Part shown: positions 54,767 through 64,000 of the stretch, piece by piece
Layout of the letters: the number at the start of each line of letters is the position of its first letter
Position numbering within the stretch: the stretch's first letter is position 1
Assembly (NCBI GenBank): GCA_038523235.1
Contig: JBCBJQ010000001.1
Span: 1 to 64,000, forward strand
DNA length: 64,000 nt
Direction of reading: 5' to 3'
Source: Cyanobacteria bacterium J06626_4
GTDB lineage: Bacteria; Cyanobacteriota; Cyanobacteriia; Phormidesmidales; Phormidesmidaceae
The notes under the pieces: model-generated
Databases searched by the model: none
Seen by the model: only the letters and a program-made list of their open reading frames with translations
What the model was told of the DNA's origin: nothing
Program-made: the position numbers and the translations under genes

Positions 54767-55027
54767 AGCAGCCTGAGCGCGGTACACGGCCAAGAATATT
54801 GACAAACTTAGGGCATTCGCTGCGAAACAGCAAACGCCTGTAACATTCAGCGGTGACTCATCATTTCACGAATTGGCTAATCAAGATTTTGCATCGCCAT
54901 TAGCAGCATGGATGCAACGCTCCCCTTCTACGGGCAAAGTAGCCAATTTCTTGCAATCTATATTGAGGAATAGGCTGCCACAAATTTCCCCGTTGCCCAT
55001 TCCCTCTGCTGGCCTCAATAGGGGACT

Positions 55028-55726
55028 TTATTTGCGCAGGATTTCCTTACTCATAACCATGCCTGATGCGCTCATGGTGTAAACAATGGGGACACCGGTA
55101 TCGAGTTCCAACCCCGGCACCTGTTCCGGTTCTAGATTATCCAACTCCATGATGATGGCCCGTAGCGAGTTGCCATGAGCAGCCACCAGTACATCATCCC
55201 CTTGCGTGACGTGAGCCAAAATCCGTCCCTTGAAAAAGGGCAAGACCCGCTTTTGCGTATCTTCTAGACTTTCGCCACCAGGCGGACGGGTAGAAAACGA
55301 TCGCCGCCATTCCAATACTTGGTCTTCACCAAATTTTTCGGCAGTTTCGGCTTTATTGAGTCCCTGCAGGTCACCATAAAAACGCTCGTCGAGCGCTGCT
55401 GAGGTAAAGATCGGCAGTTCATCGGCTGGATTGCCCTGGTAATGATCCCAGCCATGCCAGTCTGGATCATCATCGTCATGCTTGAGGATGGGAATCCGAC
55501 CGCCACAAATCTCGTCACATTCGGTGAGGCAAACGATCGCCGTCTCAATCGCTCGCATGAGCTTGCTGGTAAAACAGACATTGACGCGATGCTCTCGCAG
55601 CTTGCAAGAAGCGATGGTTGCTTCTGCGCGACCTCGTTCATTCAGCGGCACATCAACCCAACCAGTAAATTTATTTGCAGCGTTCCAAAGGCTTTGTCCG
55701 TGGCGAATCAAAATCAGCTCTGACAT
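55028..55726 (-). CDS. gpmA: 2,3-bisphosphoglycerate-dependent phosphoglycerate mutase
   Basis: RHGQS.WN...FTGWVDV, ERFYGDLQGLNK, WRRS, AHGNSLR. Confidence 0.93.
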   Translation of the reverse strand: MSELILIRHGQSLWNAANKFTGWVDVPLNERGRAEATIASCKLREHRVNVCFTSKLMRAIETAIVCLTECDEICGGRIPILKHDDDDPDWHGWDHYQGNPADELPIFTSAALDERFYGDLQGLNKAETAEKFGEDQVLEWRRSFSTRPPGGESLEDTQKRVLPFFKGRILAHVTQGDDVLVAAHGNSLRAIIMELDNLEPEQVPGLELDTGVPIVYTMSASGMVMSKEILRK

Positions 55727-55935
55727 CACGCTTGCCTGGCCAGTACCTTTAAACTCTAAAGGAATTTTATGCCGTCGAAGTTAACCAGGGTTTAACCCTT
55801 TAGTTAGACGGTTCAGGCACTTAACGGCGGCGCTCCAAATTAGTGCTATTGCTATCGCTCAGGCTGGTCATGATGCCGCTCTGGCCGGTGAGGTTTGTAC
55901 CCTGAGGTCGTGATTTACAGGCCGCACCCTATGGT

Positions 55936-58758
55936 TTACTCATCTTGGGTATTCTTATTTCTGACCAAGCCAGCCGGTTTAGCTTTACCGGCAATATTTA
56001 ACAAAATGCGGCTCATGATCCGGCCATCATCGAGTTTTTGCAAGCTAAACTCGCCACCGACCTGCTGCATCAGTGTTTTGCAAATGCTGAAGTGTAAACC
56101 AGGTGGCACATCCAACAGAGACGGCACCAACACATCATCAGGGCGACCATGTTTCAGGTCTTTGAGCAGTTGGCGGGGCACATCGCCATCATCGGTAATC
56201 GCCAGTTCCATAAAGGTGCGCTCTAGCGGACGACACCAGATATCTAAGCGGCCTTGTTCGGGCGATCGCCGACAGGCCGCCACCGTTAGCTCGTACAGCA
56301 CCAGCTCAATCTTCTCTAAATCACCCGAGATGATGACGTTGCTGTCGTTGTGCACTTTGGCCCAGAGCTGATGTTCTTGAATCAGCGGATTCACCCGCTC
56401 CATCAGCCGATTGATCAAACTAATCAGAGGCGTGGTTTGCTGATGATCGCGCAGCTCCCAGGTTTCATTGGTGAGCACGCTGCTAATGCCGCTAGTCAGA
56501 TTATTTAGCTGCCGCACCAGTTGCAGTTGCCGCTGGGCCGTCAGCCCTTTGCCTTGGGTGATCGGGTCACTCAGGCGCTCTAGACTCACCCCGAGTTGGC
56601 GATGCGCTTCATCCAGGCGTTTGTGCTTATACCAGTTCAGCGCTTCCAGGGATTCTTGACGGGCTAGCAGTAAGTCCAGAATACTCAAATGGCGACGCGA
56701 CCAAGCTAGCTGGTTGGACAACAGCGACATCAGACTTAAGTGGTGATCAGTCCACTTGCGATCGCGGCGATCGGCCACAATCCACACGCCACTGGGAGCA
56801 TGTTTATCAGAGGTCTTGAGGGCCACAATTAAAAACTTGCTCTCAGGCGGCCCCGAAATCCACTTCTGAGTTTCTTCTGGCAGATCTTCCCACGTGACTG
56901 GCAGTGGCCCATCAGTTTGTTGCGCCCAGCTAACGATGGCATCAGAACTTAGAGAAATCCGTGCTTGGCGATCAGCCCCAAAGTCAAGATGACGAGCAAT
57001 CACCCGACTGATGGTGCCCTGCAGCTCACCCACCTGCCAGGTGACTAAAACCACCAGAGAAGCATTGAGCAAATCGAGCAGATACTGACAGGCTGATTCC
57101 TCCAGTTTTTCTAGATGAGAAGTCTGCTGGAGGGTTCTCAACCCCCATTGAATCGAGCCGTAGAGGTCTTCTTGCTGATCATTTTGGCGCTGTAGCTGCC
57201 ACTGGTGCAGAATCAATCCGATTTGACGAGCAACTTTTTGCAGCAGCTGCGCATCTGCTTCGTCCCACTGACGTGGTGTTTGACTGGCTAAAATTACAAT
57301 TCCAGTGGGCGCACTCCCCGGCGTAATGTTGCAGGCCAGCAGCGCTTGAATATCGACCGCTTGGAAGTTTTCTCGCCAGGCCAGCAGTTTCAAATCGTTG
57401 GTCAAATCATTGATGGCGATCGCCGACTCGCTACTTTCCAGCATTTGCCAATCGACGGCATCTAAGGTAGGCCAAGCCATCGACAGCCGTTTACGCGAAG
57501 CCTGCATCTTGCGAAAAACAACCTGATACCCCCCGTGTTCAGCATCATGCTGCAGCACTAAAAACGGCTGAGCACCCAGCGTCTGATACAGATTTTCGGC
57601 ACAGAGCTCCAGACTTTTATACCAATCCGTCTCGTTTTGAATGCTGTGCACGAGCCCGGTCAACAGCTCAACCTCAGCCTCGGAGCGCTGTTGCATCTCC
57701 GCTACTGAGAGGCGCGACATCATGAGCCCGGCTAGACTAGCCACGGTTTTGAGATAGGTGCGGTTGGCTTCTGACCAAACCACTGGGGTATTGCTTTCAA
57801 CACTGACAAACCCGAGAAATGTGGAGTGCTCAAAAATCGGAGCCACCATCAGCGCATCGGCTTTGAGCAATTGCAAAAACTGGTTGGGCACATTGGCCGC
57901 GTTGGCACTTTGGGCGTCACCAATGGTCAAAGACTGCTGGGCGTTGAGCACCTGATAAATGCCGCGAATCTCGCTGATGCCAATCGTGAGTCCTGATGAT
58001 TTCGAGGTGTAGCGCTTCGCCGCCAGTGAAGATCGGCCTTGAATCATCAGCCGCTCCCAAAACTCAAACTTGATCGGATCTAACCAAAAAATTCGCACCC
58101 GGTCAGGATCAACGAACCGAAAGATCGACTGGGCGATCGTGGTTAACTGAGCATCTAGATCACTCGCCCCCTGCAGCTGATTCACCAAGCCCGAAACGGC
58201 AATGCCCGGATCTTTGCGTCGTTGGGTTTGCAGCGTTTGCTCACGCTTGTGCAACACATCTGCTAACGCACTGCAAATAGTCGAGATAAAGGTGCGATCG
58301 CTATTGCTGAGCATCTGGCCCCATTGGCTAGAGCCCATAATCAGCAAGCCGTGGCAAACGTCTCGCCGTCTCACCGGAAAAATCAGCGCCCCTTGAATTG
58401 AAAACTGCGTGGCCATGTCATTCCACGTCGCGATGCGCGACTCCACCCGTAGGTCGTTGATGACCAAGGGGCGCTGTTGAATCACCACCTGCTCCATCAA
58501 GTCGCCTGGCGCGAGTGAAAACGTGCTTTTAAGCGAGCGATGGGGCTTCGGCGCTAAATAGCCTTGACTGACGACTTGATGCTGCACCCGGTCATACAAA
58601 CCAAACCACAGGAGGCTGTAGTGCAGTTCCTCCTGCAGGTTTTCCAGTAAGGCAGACACCAGACTGTCGAGATCTTCTGTATCTCGCAGCAACTTTAGAA
58701 TTTTGGCTAAGGCTGCTAAACGTCTTTCAGGATTGGGACTGGGTAATGTCGAAACCAT
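55936..58758 (-). CDS. Multi-GAF protein with degenerate histidine kinase C-terminus
   Basis: Several GAF-like segments ending in W...; WYKHKRL, LVLYEL, ITDDG, PPGLHF, GGEF. Confidence 0.82.
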   Translation of the reverse strand: MVSTLPSPNPERRLAALAKILKLLRDTEDLDSLVSALLENLQEELHYSLLWFGLYDRVQHQVVSQGYLAPKPHRSLKSTFSLAPGDLMEQVVIQQRPLVINDLRVESRIATWNDMATQFSIQGALIFPVRRRDVCHGLLIMGSSQWGQMLSNSDRTFISTICSALADVLHKREQTLQTQRRKDPGIAVSGLVNQLQGASDLDAQLTTIAQSIFRFVDPDRVRIFWLDPIKFEFWERLMIQGRSSLAAKRYTSKSSGLTIGISEIRGIYQVLNAQQSLTIGDAQSANAANVPNQFLQLLKADALMVAPIFEHSTFLGFVSVESNTPVVWSEANRTYLKTVASLAGLMMSRLSVAEMQQRSEAEVELLTGLVHSIQNETDWYKSLELCAENLYQTLGAQPFLVLQHDAEHGGYQVVFRKMQASRKRLSMAWPTLDAVDWQMLESSESAIAINDLTNDLKLLAWRENFQAVDIQALLACNITPGSAPTGIVILASQTPRQWDEADAQLLQKVARQIGLILHQWQLQRQNDQQEDLYGSIQWGLRTLQQTSHLEKLEESACQYLLDLLNASLVVLVTWQVGELQGTISRVIARHLDFGADRQARISLSSDAIVSWAQQTDGPLPVTWEDLPEETQKWISGPPESKFLIVALKTSDKHAPSGVWIVADRRDRKWTDHHLSLMSLLSNQLAWSRRHLSILDLLLARQESLEALNWYKHKRLDEAHRQLGVSLERLSDPITQGKGLTAQRQLQLVRQLNNLTSGISSVLTNETWELRDHQQTTPLISLINRLMERVNPLIQEHQLWAKVHNDSNVIISGDLEKIELVLYELTVAACRRSPEQGRLDIWCRPLERTFMELAITDDGDVPRQLLKDLKHGRPDDVLVPSLLDVPPGLHFSICKTLMQQVGGEFSLQKLDDGRIMSRILLNIAGKAKPAGLVRNKNTQDE

Positions 58759-59416
58759 GACAGGTCTGTGGTTTTCGGGATTCAGAGAAGCATTCCAGCG
58801 AGACACTAGCAGGCCAGCAGAGGGAAGCTCAGATTAGAGATACCCTGGCTAGTCTATCGGGACGACTGCAGTGACGGACAAGACGTACAGGCATACTTAA
58901 ACCGTAGCGCCGACCGAGTGTAAAGACGGCTAAGTCCCCTAAGTCTATACCTGTTACACCAAATCGCCGTAGGTGTTTGTGTCGAGATATGCCATCTGTC
59001 TGGGAGACATACTGACACAATTCGGCCGCCGGCCCATGACAGGTCATCCTATGGTGTGCAGATAGTGAACGCTAGCAGCCTTACTGGTGTCACGCTGTCT
59101 TAACTACGGGTCATCCTGAAAACTCGGAGACTTCAGTTCGCCATCGACGGTATAAAGTCTTGCACTCAGCCAAGCCAAATCGGCTCAGCGCTCGAACTAC
59201 CTATTACAACGCAAGGTAAGGCATCCGCTCGCGTTTGTTAAGAGACTTCAAGATTCGGCCAGGGTTAGGGCATCGGTTAAGGGATTATGAGCTCGCCAAA
59301 ATAGCCCTGTTGTAATGAAAACTAGAACTGGTTTGCCGACGGCGACCTAATTTACGGCGAGGTGCGATCGCACTGTTGATATTGGCAATACGTCGATCTT
59401 GAGCTAAAAACTTAGG

Positions 59417-60004
59417 CTATCGCAGAGGAGTAAAGGTTCTCGAGACGACTTGCTCAAACATTTTACTATCAGAGAATATCGCAGAAAATAATTCTGGGAA
59501 GTCTTTTTTGATTTTCTTGTTCAAGCAATAATCTTTAACAAACAAAAAGAAGTCTTCTCCCATATCATATATCTTTTCATCGTCATCATTGACGGCAGTG
59601 ATCATGCACTTTTTATTTGGGTCTTCTTCTTTGGTAAAGAGAAAAAGAATTTGATCGTAAATTGCAAAGGGATAACTCTTGTCGAGAATAGAAACGCTAC
59701 TGGGCAAGTGCCCAAGGCTTTCTCTAAAGGCGTCAAGTATTTCTCTATGACTGGCTATATGCTCGTCTATATTATCAAAACTCGGAAAGGCTAGGATCAG
59801 AATCCATTTATTTCCGAAGCGTCCTGAACCAAATGTTTGACAAAATAGTCTAAAATCTTCTGGAAATGGAAATTGCGTTTTATGTTTAAATTCGAGAAAA
59901 TCCTCAAAGGAACAAGTTGCCCAGGAAGAATTGTTTTCAACAGGCTGTTCAGATGAAACTATTTTCACCTGTGATAGCAGCGCCTTCCATTTCTTTGATT
60001 TCAT
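59417..60004 (-). CDS. SMI1/KNR4 (SUKH) family immunity-type protein
   Basis: EF...FPFPEDFRLFCQTFGSG; AT-rich, HIP1-free. Confidence 0.7.
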   Translation of the reverse strand: MKSKKWKALLSQVKIVSSEQPVENNSSWATCSFEDFLEFKHKTQFPFPEDFRLFCQTFGSGRFGNKWILILAFPSFDNIDEHIASHREILDAFRESLGHLPSSVSILDKSYPFAIYDQILFLFTKEEDPNKKCMITAVNDDDEKIYDMGEDFFLFVKDYCLNKKIKKDFPELFSAIFSDSKMFEQVVSRTFTPLR

Positions 60005-60216
60005 TGTTTGAGAGAGTTACAAATGCCGCAGTCAGAAAGTGGGCTGGGCACTCTACAGTTCTTGAATTTACTTCTCAAATTCTAAATTTCAACAGATTCT
60101 CTGAGAAGAGTGCAGCTCTACAACCCTGAGCACGGATATCAAGCGCCCGCTCACCATCGGAGCTACCCCTGAGCGCTACCCTAAACTCTAGACAGCAGCA
60201 GTGAGGACGCAAACGC

Positions 60217-61380
60217 ATGGTCGATTGGTATCAGCAGGGGGTGAGGCCGCTGTTGTTTCACGGGGTTAAGCTCGACCCAGAATGGCTGCATCAACAGACC
60301 CTAAGTCTGCTGGCTAAGGTGGCCGATACCCAATCCCCAACGGCGGCAAATTGGTCACTACCCCAGCGGTGGTTGCGCGATCACTGCCAATTTACCGATG
60401 CGCGCCTCTCGCAATCACTGTGGCATATGACCTTTGCTAACCCCATGGGTTTGGCCGCTGGGTTTGACAAAGATGGCCTGGCTGCTGCATCTTGGTCTCT
60501 CATGGGCTTTGGCTTTGCCGAACTGGGCACGGTCACACGACACCCTCAACCAGGCAATGCATCCCCTCGTCTGTTTCGGCTGCCAAAAGATCAGGCAGCG
60601 ATTAACCGCATGGGTTTCAACAATCAGGGGGCCGAGCAGCTAGCGAAGCGGCTGCAGCGGCTTTGGCAGCGACAGTCAGCCGTGATTCCGATCGGCATCA
60701 ACTTGGGCAAATCGAAAATTACGCCGCTCGACCAAGCCGTCGAAGACTATATCCACAGCTTTTGTCTGTTGAAAGATTTGGGCGACTACTTTGTGGTGAA
60801 CGTGTCGTCGCCGAATACCCCCGGTCTGCGATCGCTTCAGGCGAAGGAGAACCTGGCTCCCATCTTGGCCGCGCTGCAGGCCGAAAACACCGCCAGCAAG
60901 CCGCTCTTGGTCAAGATTTCCCCTGATTTAGAGTGGCCTGCGATCGCGGAAGTGCTTGAACTGGCCAACACTTACGATCTATCAGGCATTATTGCCACCA
61001 ACACGACTATCGCGCGCGCGGGACTCAAAACGGAACGCCTGCTCGCCACTGGTAATCGAGTAGTCGAAGAGCCTGGCGGTCTCAGTGGGGCTCCCCTGCG
61101 AGATCGGGCCACTGCCGTCATTCAGTTCTTACATCGTGAGAGCCAGGGACAAATTCCGATTATTGGCGTAGGGGGAATTTTTACCGCCGAGGACGCCTGG
61201 GCAAAGTTGAATGCGGGAGCGACCCTGTTACAGGTGTATACCGGCTGGATTTACGGCGGCCCCGAAATGGTGCGGCGCATCCTGCAGGGGCTGGTGCAGC
61301 AGCTTGAGTATCATCAAGCTGAGACGATTCAAACCGTGATCGGGCAAAATCTACCCTTCATCACTGCCGCCGATGCATAA
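60217..61380 (+). CDS. pyrD: Quinone-dependent dihydroorotate dehydrogenase
   Basis: GLAAGFDK, NRMGFNN, NVSSPNTPGLR, VKISPD, TNTT, GGLSG. Confidence 0.97.
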   Translation: MVDWYQQGVRPLLFHGVKLDPEWLHQQTLSLLAKVADTQSPTAANWSLPQRWLRDHCQFTDARLSQSLWHMTFANPMGLAAGFDKDGLAAASWSLMGFGFAELGTVTRHPQPGNASPRLFRLPKDQAAINRMGFNNQGAEQLAKRLQRLWQRQSAVIPIGINLGKSKITPLDQAVEDYIHSFCLLKDLGDYFVVNVSSPNTPGLRSLQAKENLAPILAALQAENTASKPLLVKISPDLEWPAIAEVLELANTYDLSGIIATNTTIARAGLKTERLLATGNRVVEEPGGLSGAPLRDRATAVIQFLHRESQGQIPIIGVGGIFTAEDAWAKLNAGATLLQVYTGWIYGGPEMVRRILQGLVQQLEYHQAETIQTVIGQNLPFITAADA

Positions 61381-61546
61381 CGGCACCGTGCCAATGTCTT
61401 AACCCAGCGACAGCTCCAACCCTGCACGCCGAAGACACCGCCCCTTAAACTCAGAGACGGCAAACCGCAGTTGGCTCAAGACATCTCCGACTGTCGCAAT
61501 CGCGCTTTGACCAGCATCGCTATTCTGACGGCTGAATTCTGCCACC

Positions 61547-61912
61547 TCAGCTGGCGTAAATAGTTTCATCGGCGGCTTGCCAAGCCGGATCAACAATACA
61601 GATAAACACCAACGGTTCACTACCCGTATTGTGGATAAACTGACGGGCATTGGGGGGAATGTAAATGGCATCTCCTGGCCCCACCGCTTGCACTTCGTCG
61701 TTGATGTGCATTTCACCTTGTCCGCTGAGGAGGTAGTACACCTCTGATGTCTTTAGGGCGTGATCAATCGAAGTTTGGCCCACCGGTACGACGGCATGAG
61801 CCAAGCTATAGCGCAGCTCAAGCGGCTGTTTATCAGGATGCAGCAGCTCTCGCAGCTGAGTGTGATCGCCGGCGACAAACATTTCACAGTCTTGCAAGCG
61901 TCTGACTAACAT
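61547..61912 (-). CDS. Cupin domain protein
   Basis: LRELLHP, H.L..SEVYY.LSG.G, GD.IYIPP. Confidence 0.85.
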   Translation of the reverse strand: MLVRRLQDCEMFVAGDHTQLRELLHPDKQPLELRYSLAHAVVPVGQTSIDHALKTSEVYYLLSGQGEMHINDEVQAVGPGDAIYIPPNARQFIHNTGSEPLVFICIVDPAWQAADETIYAS

Positions 61913-62015
61913 GAGCATGGCGCATCCAGAGGACGCAATAGGGGACAAACAGCAACGCCCTTCGCCAGCGTGAAGCGGCGACACTAGGCCAATAACTGTA
62001 AAAATATTGTCGTGC

Positions 62016-62333
62016 CTAGGGCGACGATTTGGGCCACTCTAGCTGGGCTGACTCAAAATCACGACAGGCGATCGCCGCTTCTGAGAGGGCTTCTTTGGGA
62101 TGTAGAGGACATTTAAGCAGATAACTGCCCGAAAAATACTGACAGTCCGCACAGGGAATCTGATGCATGCGCTGTGCTCGTTTGACGCCATCGCGCATTG
62201 CCGCCCACACACTCCAGCTGCCAGCAATCAGCGTTGCCCAAGCAATCACAAAGCAGAGCGGCACCAAAACAGGCTGAATCCCTTCGACCAGCTTGTGAGC
62301 AATGACGTATACCAGCTGAAAGAGACTATACAT
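62016..62333 (-). CDS. Small membrane protein with Cys/His (putative Zn-finger) tail
   Basis: TM helix then HQIPCADCQYF...KCPLHP...ACRDF. Confidence 0.75.
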   Translation of the reverse strand: MYSLFQLVYVIAHKLVEGIQPVLVPLCFVIAWATLIAGSWSVWAAMRDGVKRAQRMHQIPCADCQYFSGSYLLKCPLHPKEALSEAAIACRDFESAQLEWPKSSP

Positions 62334-62680
62334 AACGCCAGCAGTCCAAAATCTGCAGTTACCCTATCAACCCTAGCCCATTCTGATGAAGTCGATAGAT
62401 ATAAATCTATAGAAGCACGTTGATTTTTGTGACCCAGCGGCTTCTCAACCGGCAATGAGCAACCTCATGCTTTGATTGAGCGATCGCGTCAGGCCAGTTC
62501 GATCTCATCAGTCAACGTAAGAATACTTTTCAGCTGTGGCATCAGTTCGAGCATCCCGACGTGTTCTACAGGGTTGGTCTCGGGTGTTGCGATCGAGGAC
62601 ATTGGCATGGAGACTCACACTACCGTTGACTGATCGAGCAAAGAACCTCAGCCTCGGCAAGTAACAAAACTTGAAAAAAC

Positions 62681-62720
62681 GAAAAGCTGACTGCCCAAAA
62701 TCTTGAACAGTCAGCTTTTC
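62681..62720 (-). terminator. psaC intrinsic terminator
   Basis: GAAAAGCTGACTG...CAGTCAGCTTTTC followed by a T-run on the minus strand. Confidence 0.85.
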
Positions 62721-62737
62721 TGGTTTTGACGAATTGA

Positions 62738-63100
<363 letters not shown>

Positions 63101-63728
63101 CTAAGGGGTCTGTTTTCACCAACTCAGCGTAACCCCACAAAAATTTATGGAATGTAATATTGCCAAAATCGGCGATCGCCTGTGTCATGAGGTGCGATCG
63201 CTCTGTCCTCAAGTTGTAATAAGCCTCTGATTGCGGATCCACAGTCATTAGGGCAGGGCTGGGACCTAGAGGCCGAAGAACCTTTGGGTCAATAGGTTTA
63301 GGGCATACGGTGATTGCGTAGAGCGTTCTCTTCGACATCCAAAGTTCAGGTCAAGTAGCGACTGGCCACAGTCTCATTGAGGGGGGGGCTGCGAGGGGTT
63401 GGTATTGAGTAAATTCTTGCGCTTTCATAGAGGACTTGCCCCGCTGTCTCAGGCAGAGTTAGCCTGCCCCCAGCGATCACACGGTCGGCATCAGCACCGC
63501 GATCGAATGCTCTCTTTAGGAAGACATTCCGAATTGATGGACAACATTATTTTGCGGGCTGTCTATCAAGCTGACCTGACCCGGCAAAAAAATCCTCCCC
63601 GAGTCAATGCACGCTTTCCGATAAGATTTAGGGATGCCTAAAACTAAAACTTCTGGCTTGATTTTGAGTCGCACTCGTGGTTTAGGTTTTAGAGGTGTTT
63701 GTTGTGATAACTGAAAAGGGACTGAATT

Positions 63729-63974
63729 ATGAGTCAAGAAGCGGTGTTTGATAAGGTTCAAAAAATTGTCGCTGAGCAGCTCGGAGTCGACGAAGGTGAA
63801 GTCAAGCCAGAGGCCAGCTTCGCGAACGACTTAGGCGCAGATTCTTTGGATACCGTTGAGCTTGTCATGGCCCTCGAAGAAGAATTTGATATTGAAATTC
63901 CGGATGAAGCGGCGGAAGGGATCGGCACAGTGCAAGCCGCCGTAGACTTTATCAAAGAGAAGAAAGCGGCGTAA
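63729..63974 (+). CDS. acpP: Acyl carrier protein
   Basis: [20 protein letters not shown]. Confidence 0.98.
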   Translation: MSQEAVFDKVQKIVAEQLGVDEGEVKPEASFANDLGADSLDTVELVMALEEEFDIEIPDEAAEGIGTVQAAVDFIKEKKAA

Positions 63975-64000
63975 CGGCGCTGGTTTGAGACAGGTTGTAA

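Noticed and set aside
55780..55798. Pho-box-like TTAACC repeats near gpmA
   Set aside because: Only two units and oriented opposite to gpmA.
58810..59410. 600-bp intergenic region as a possible ncRNA
   Set aside because: No recognisable tRNA, tmRNA, RNase P, SRP, 6S or riboswitch motif and no strong stem seen by eye.

Overview
This is a ~55% GC cyanobacterial chromosome segment. HIP1 octamers (GCGATCGC) are abundant and psaC is present; the gene content suggests a filamentous Leptolyngbya/Nodosilinea-like organism (inference). About 53 CDSs are supportable. Most are housekeeping or metabolic genes (ackA, pgm, rnc, scpB, plsC, fabD, ferritin, asnB, gpmA, pyrD, psaC, acpP) or signalling genes (PAS kinase, cNMP kinase, multi-GAF pseudokinase, diguanylate cyclase). 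Small AT-richer islands occur at 1-2000, 3660-5700, 44069-45736 and 59417-60004. Intergenic DNA holds several families of short MITE/REP-like repeats. I found no rRNA, tRNA, CRISPR array, transposase or prophage. Best leads: (1) a small lipoprotein of nine Asp-Pro-Cys-Ala repeats that shares upstream sequence elements with a DoxX-like gene 4 kb away; (2) an isochorismatase-fold protein lacking its catalytic Asp, apparently co-transcribed with a PAS histidine kinase; (3) a YcsG-like transporter / fused 5-oxoprolinase / DUF1445 operon behind a 23-bp perfect inverted repeat; (4) a structured RNA leader before rnc; (5) a decayed integron-cassette-like array at the left edge. All family assignments come from motif recognition by eye, not database searches.
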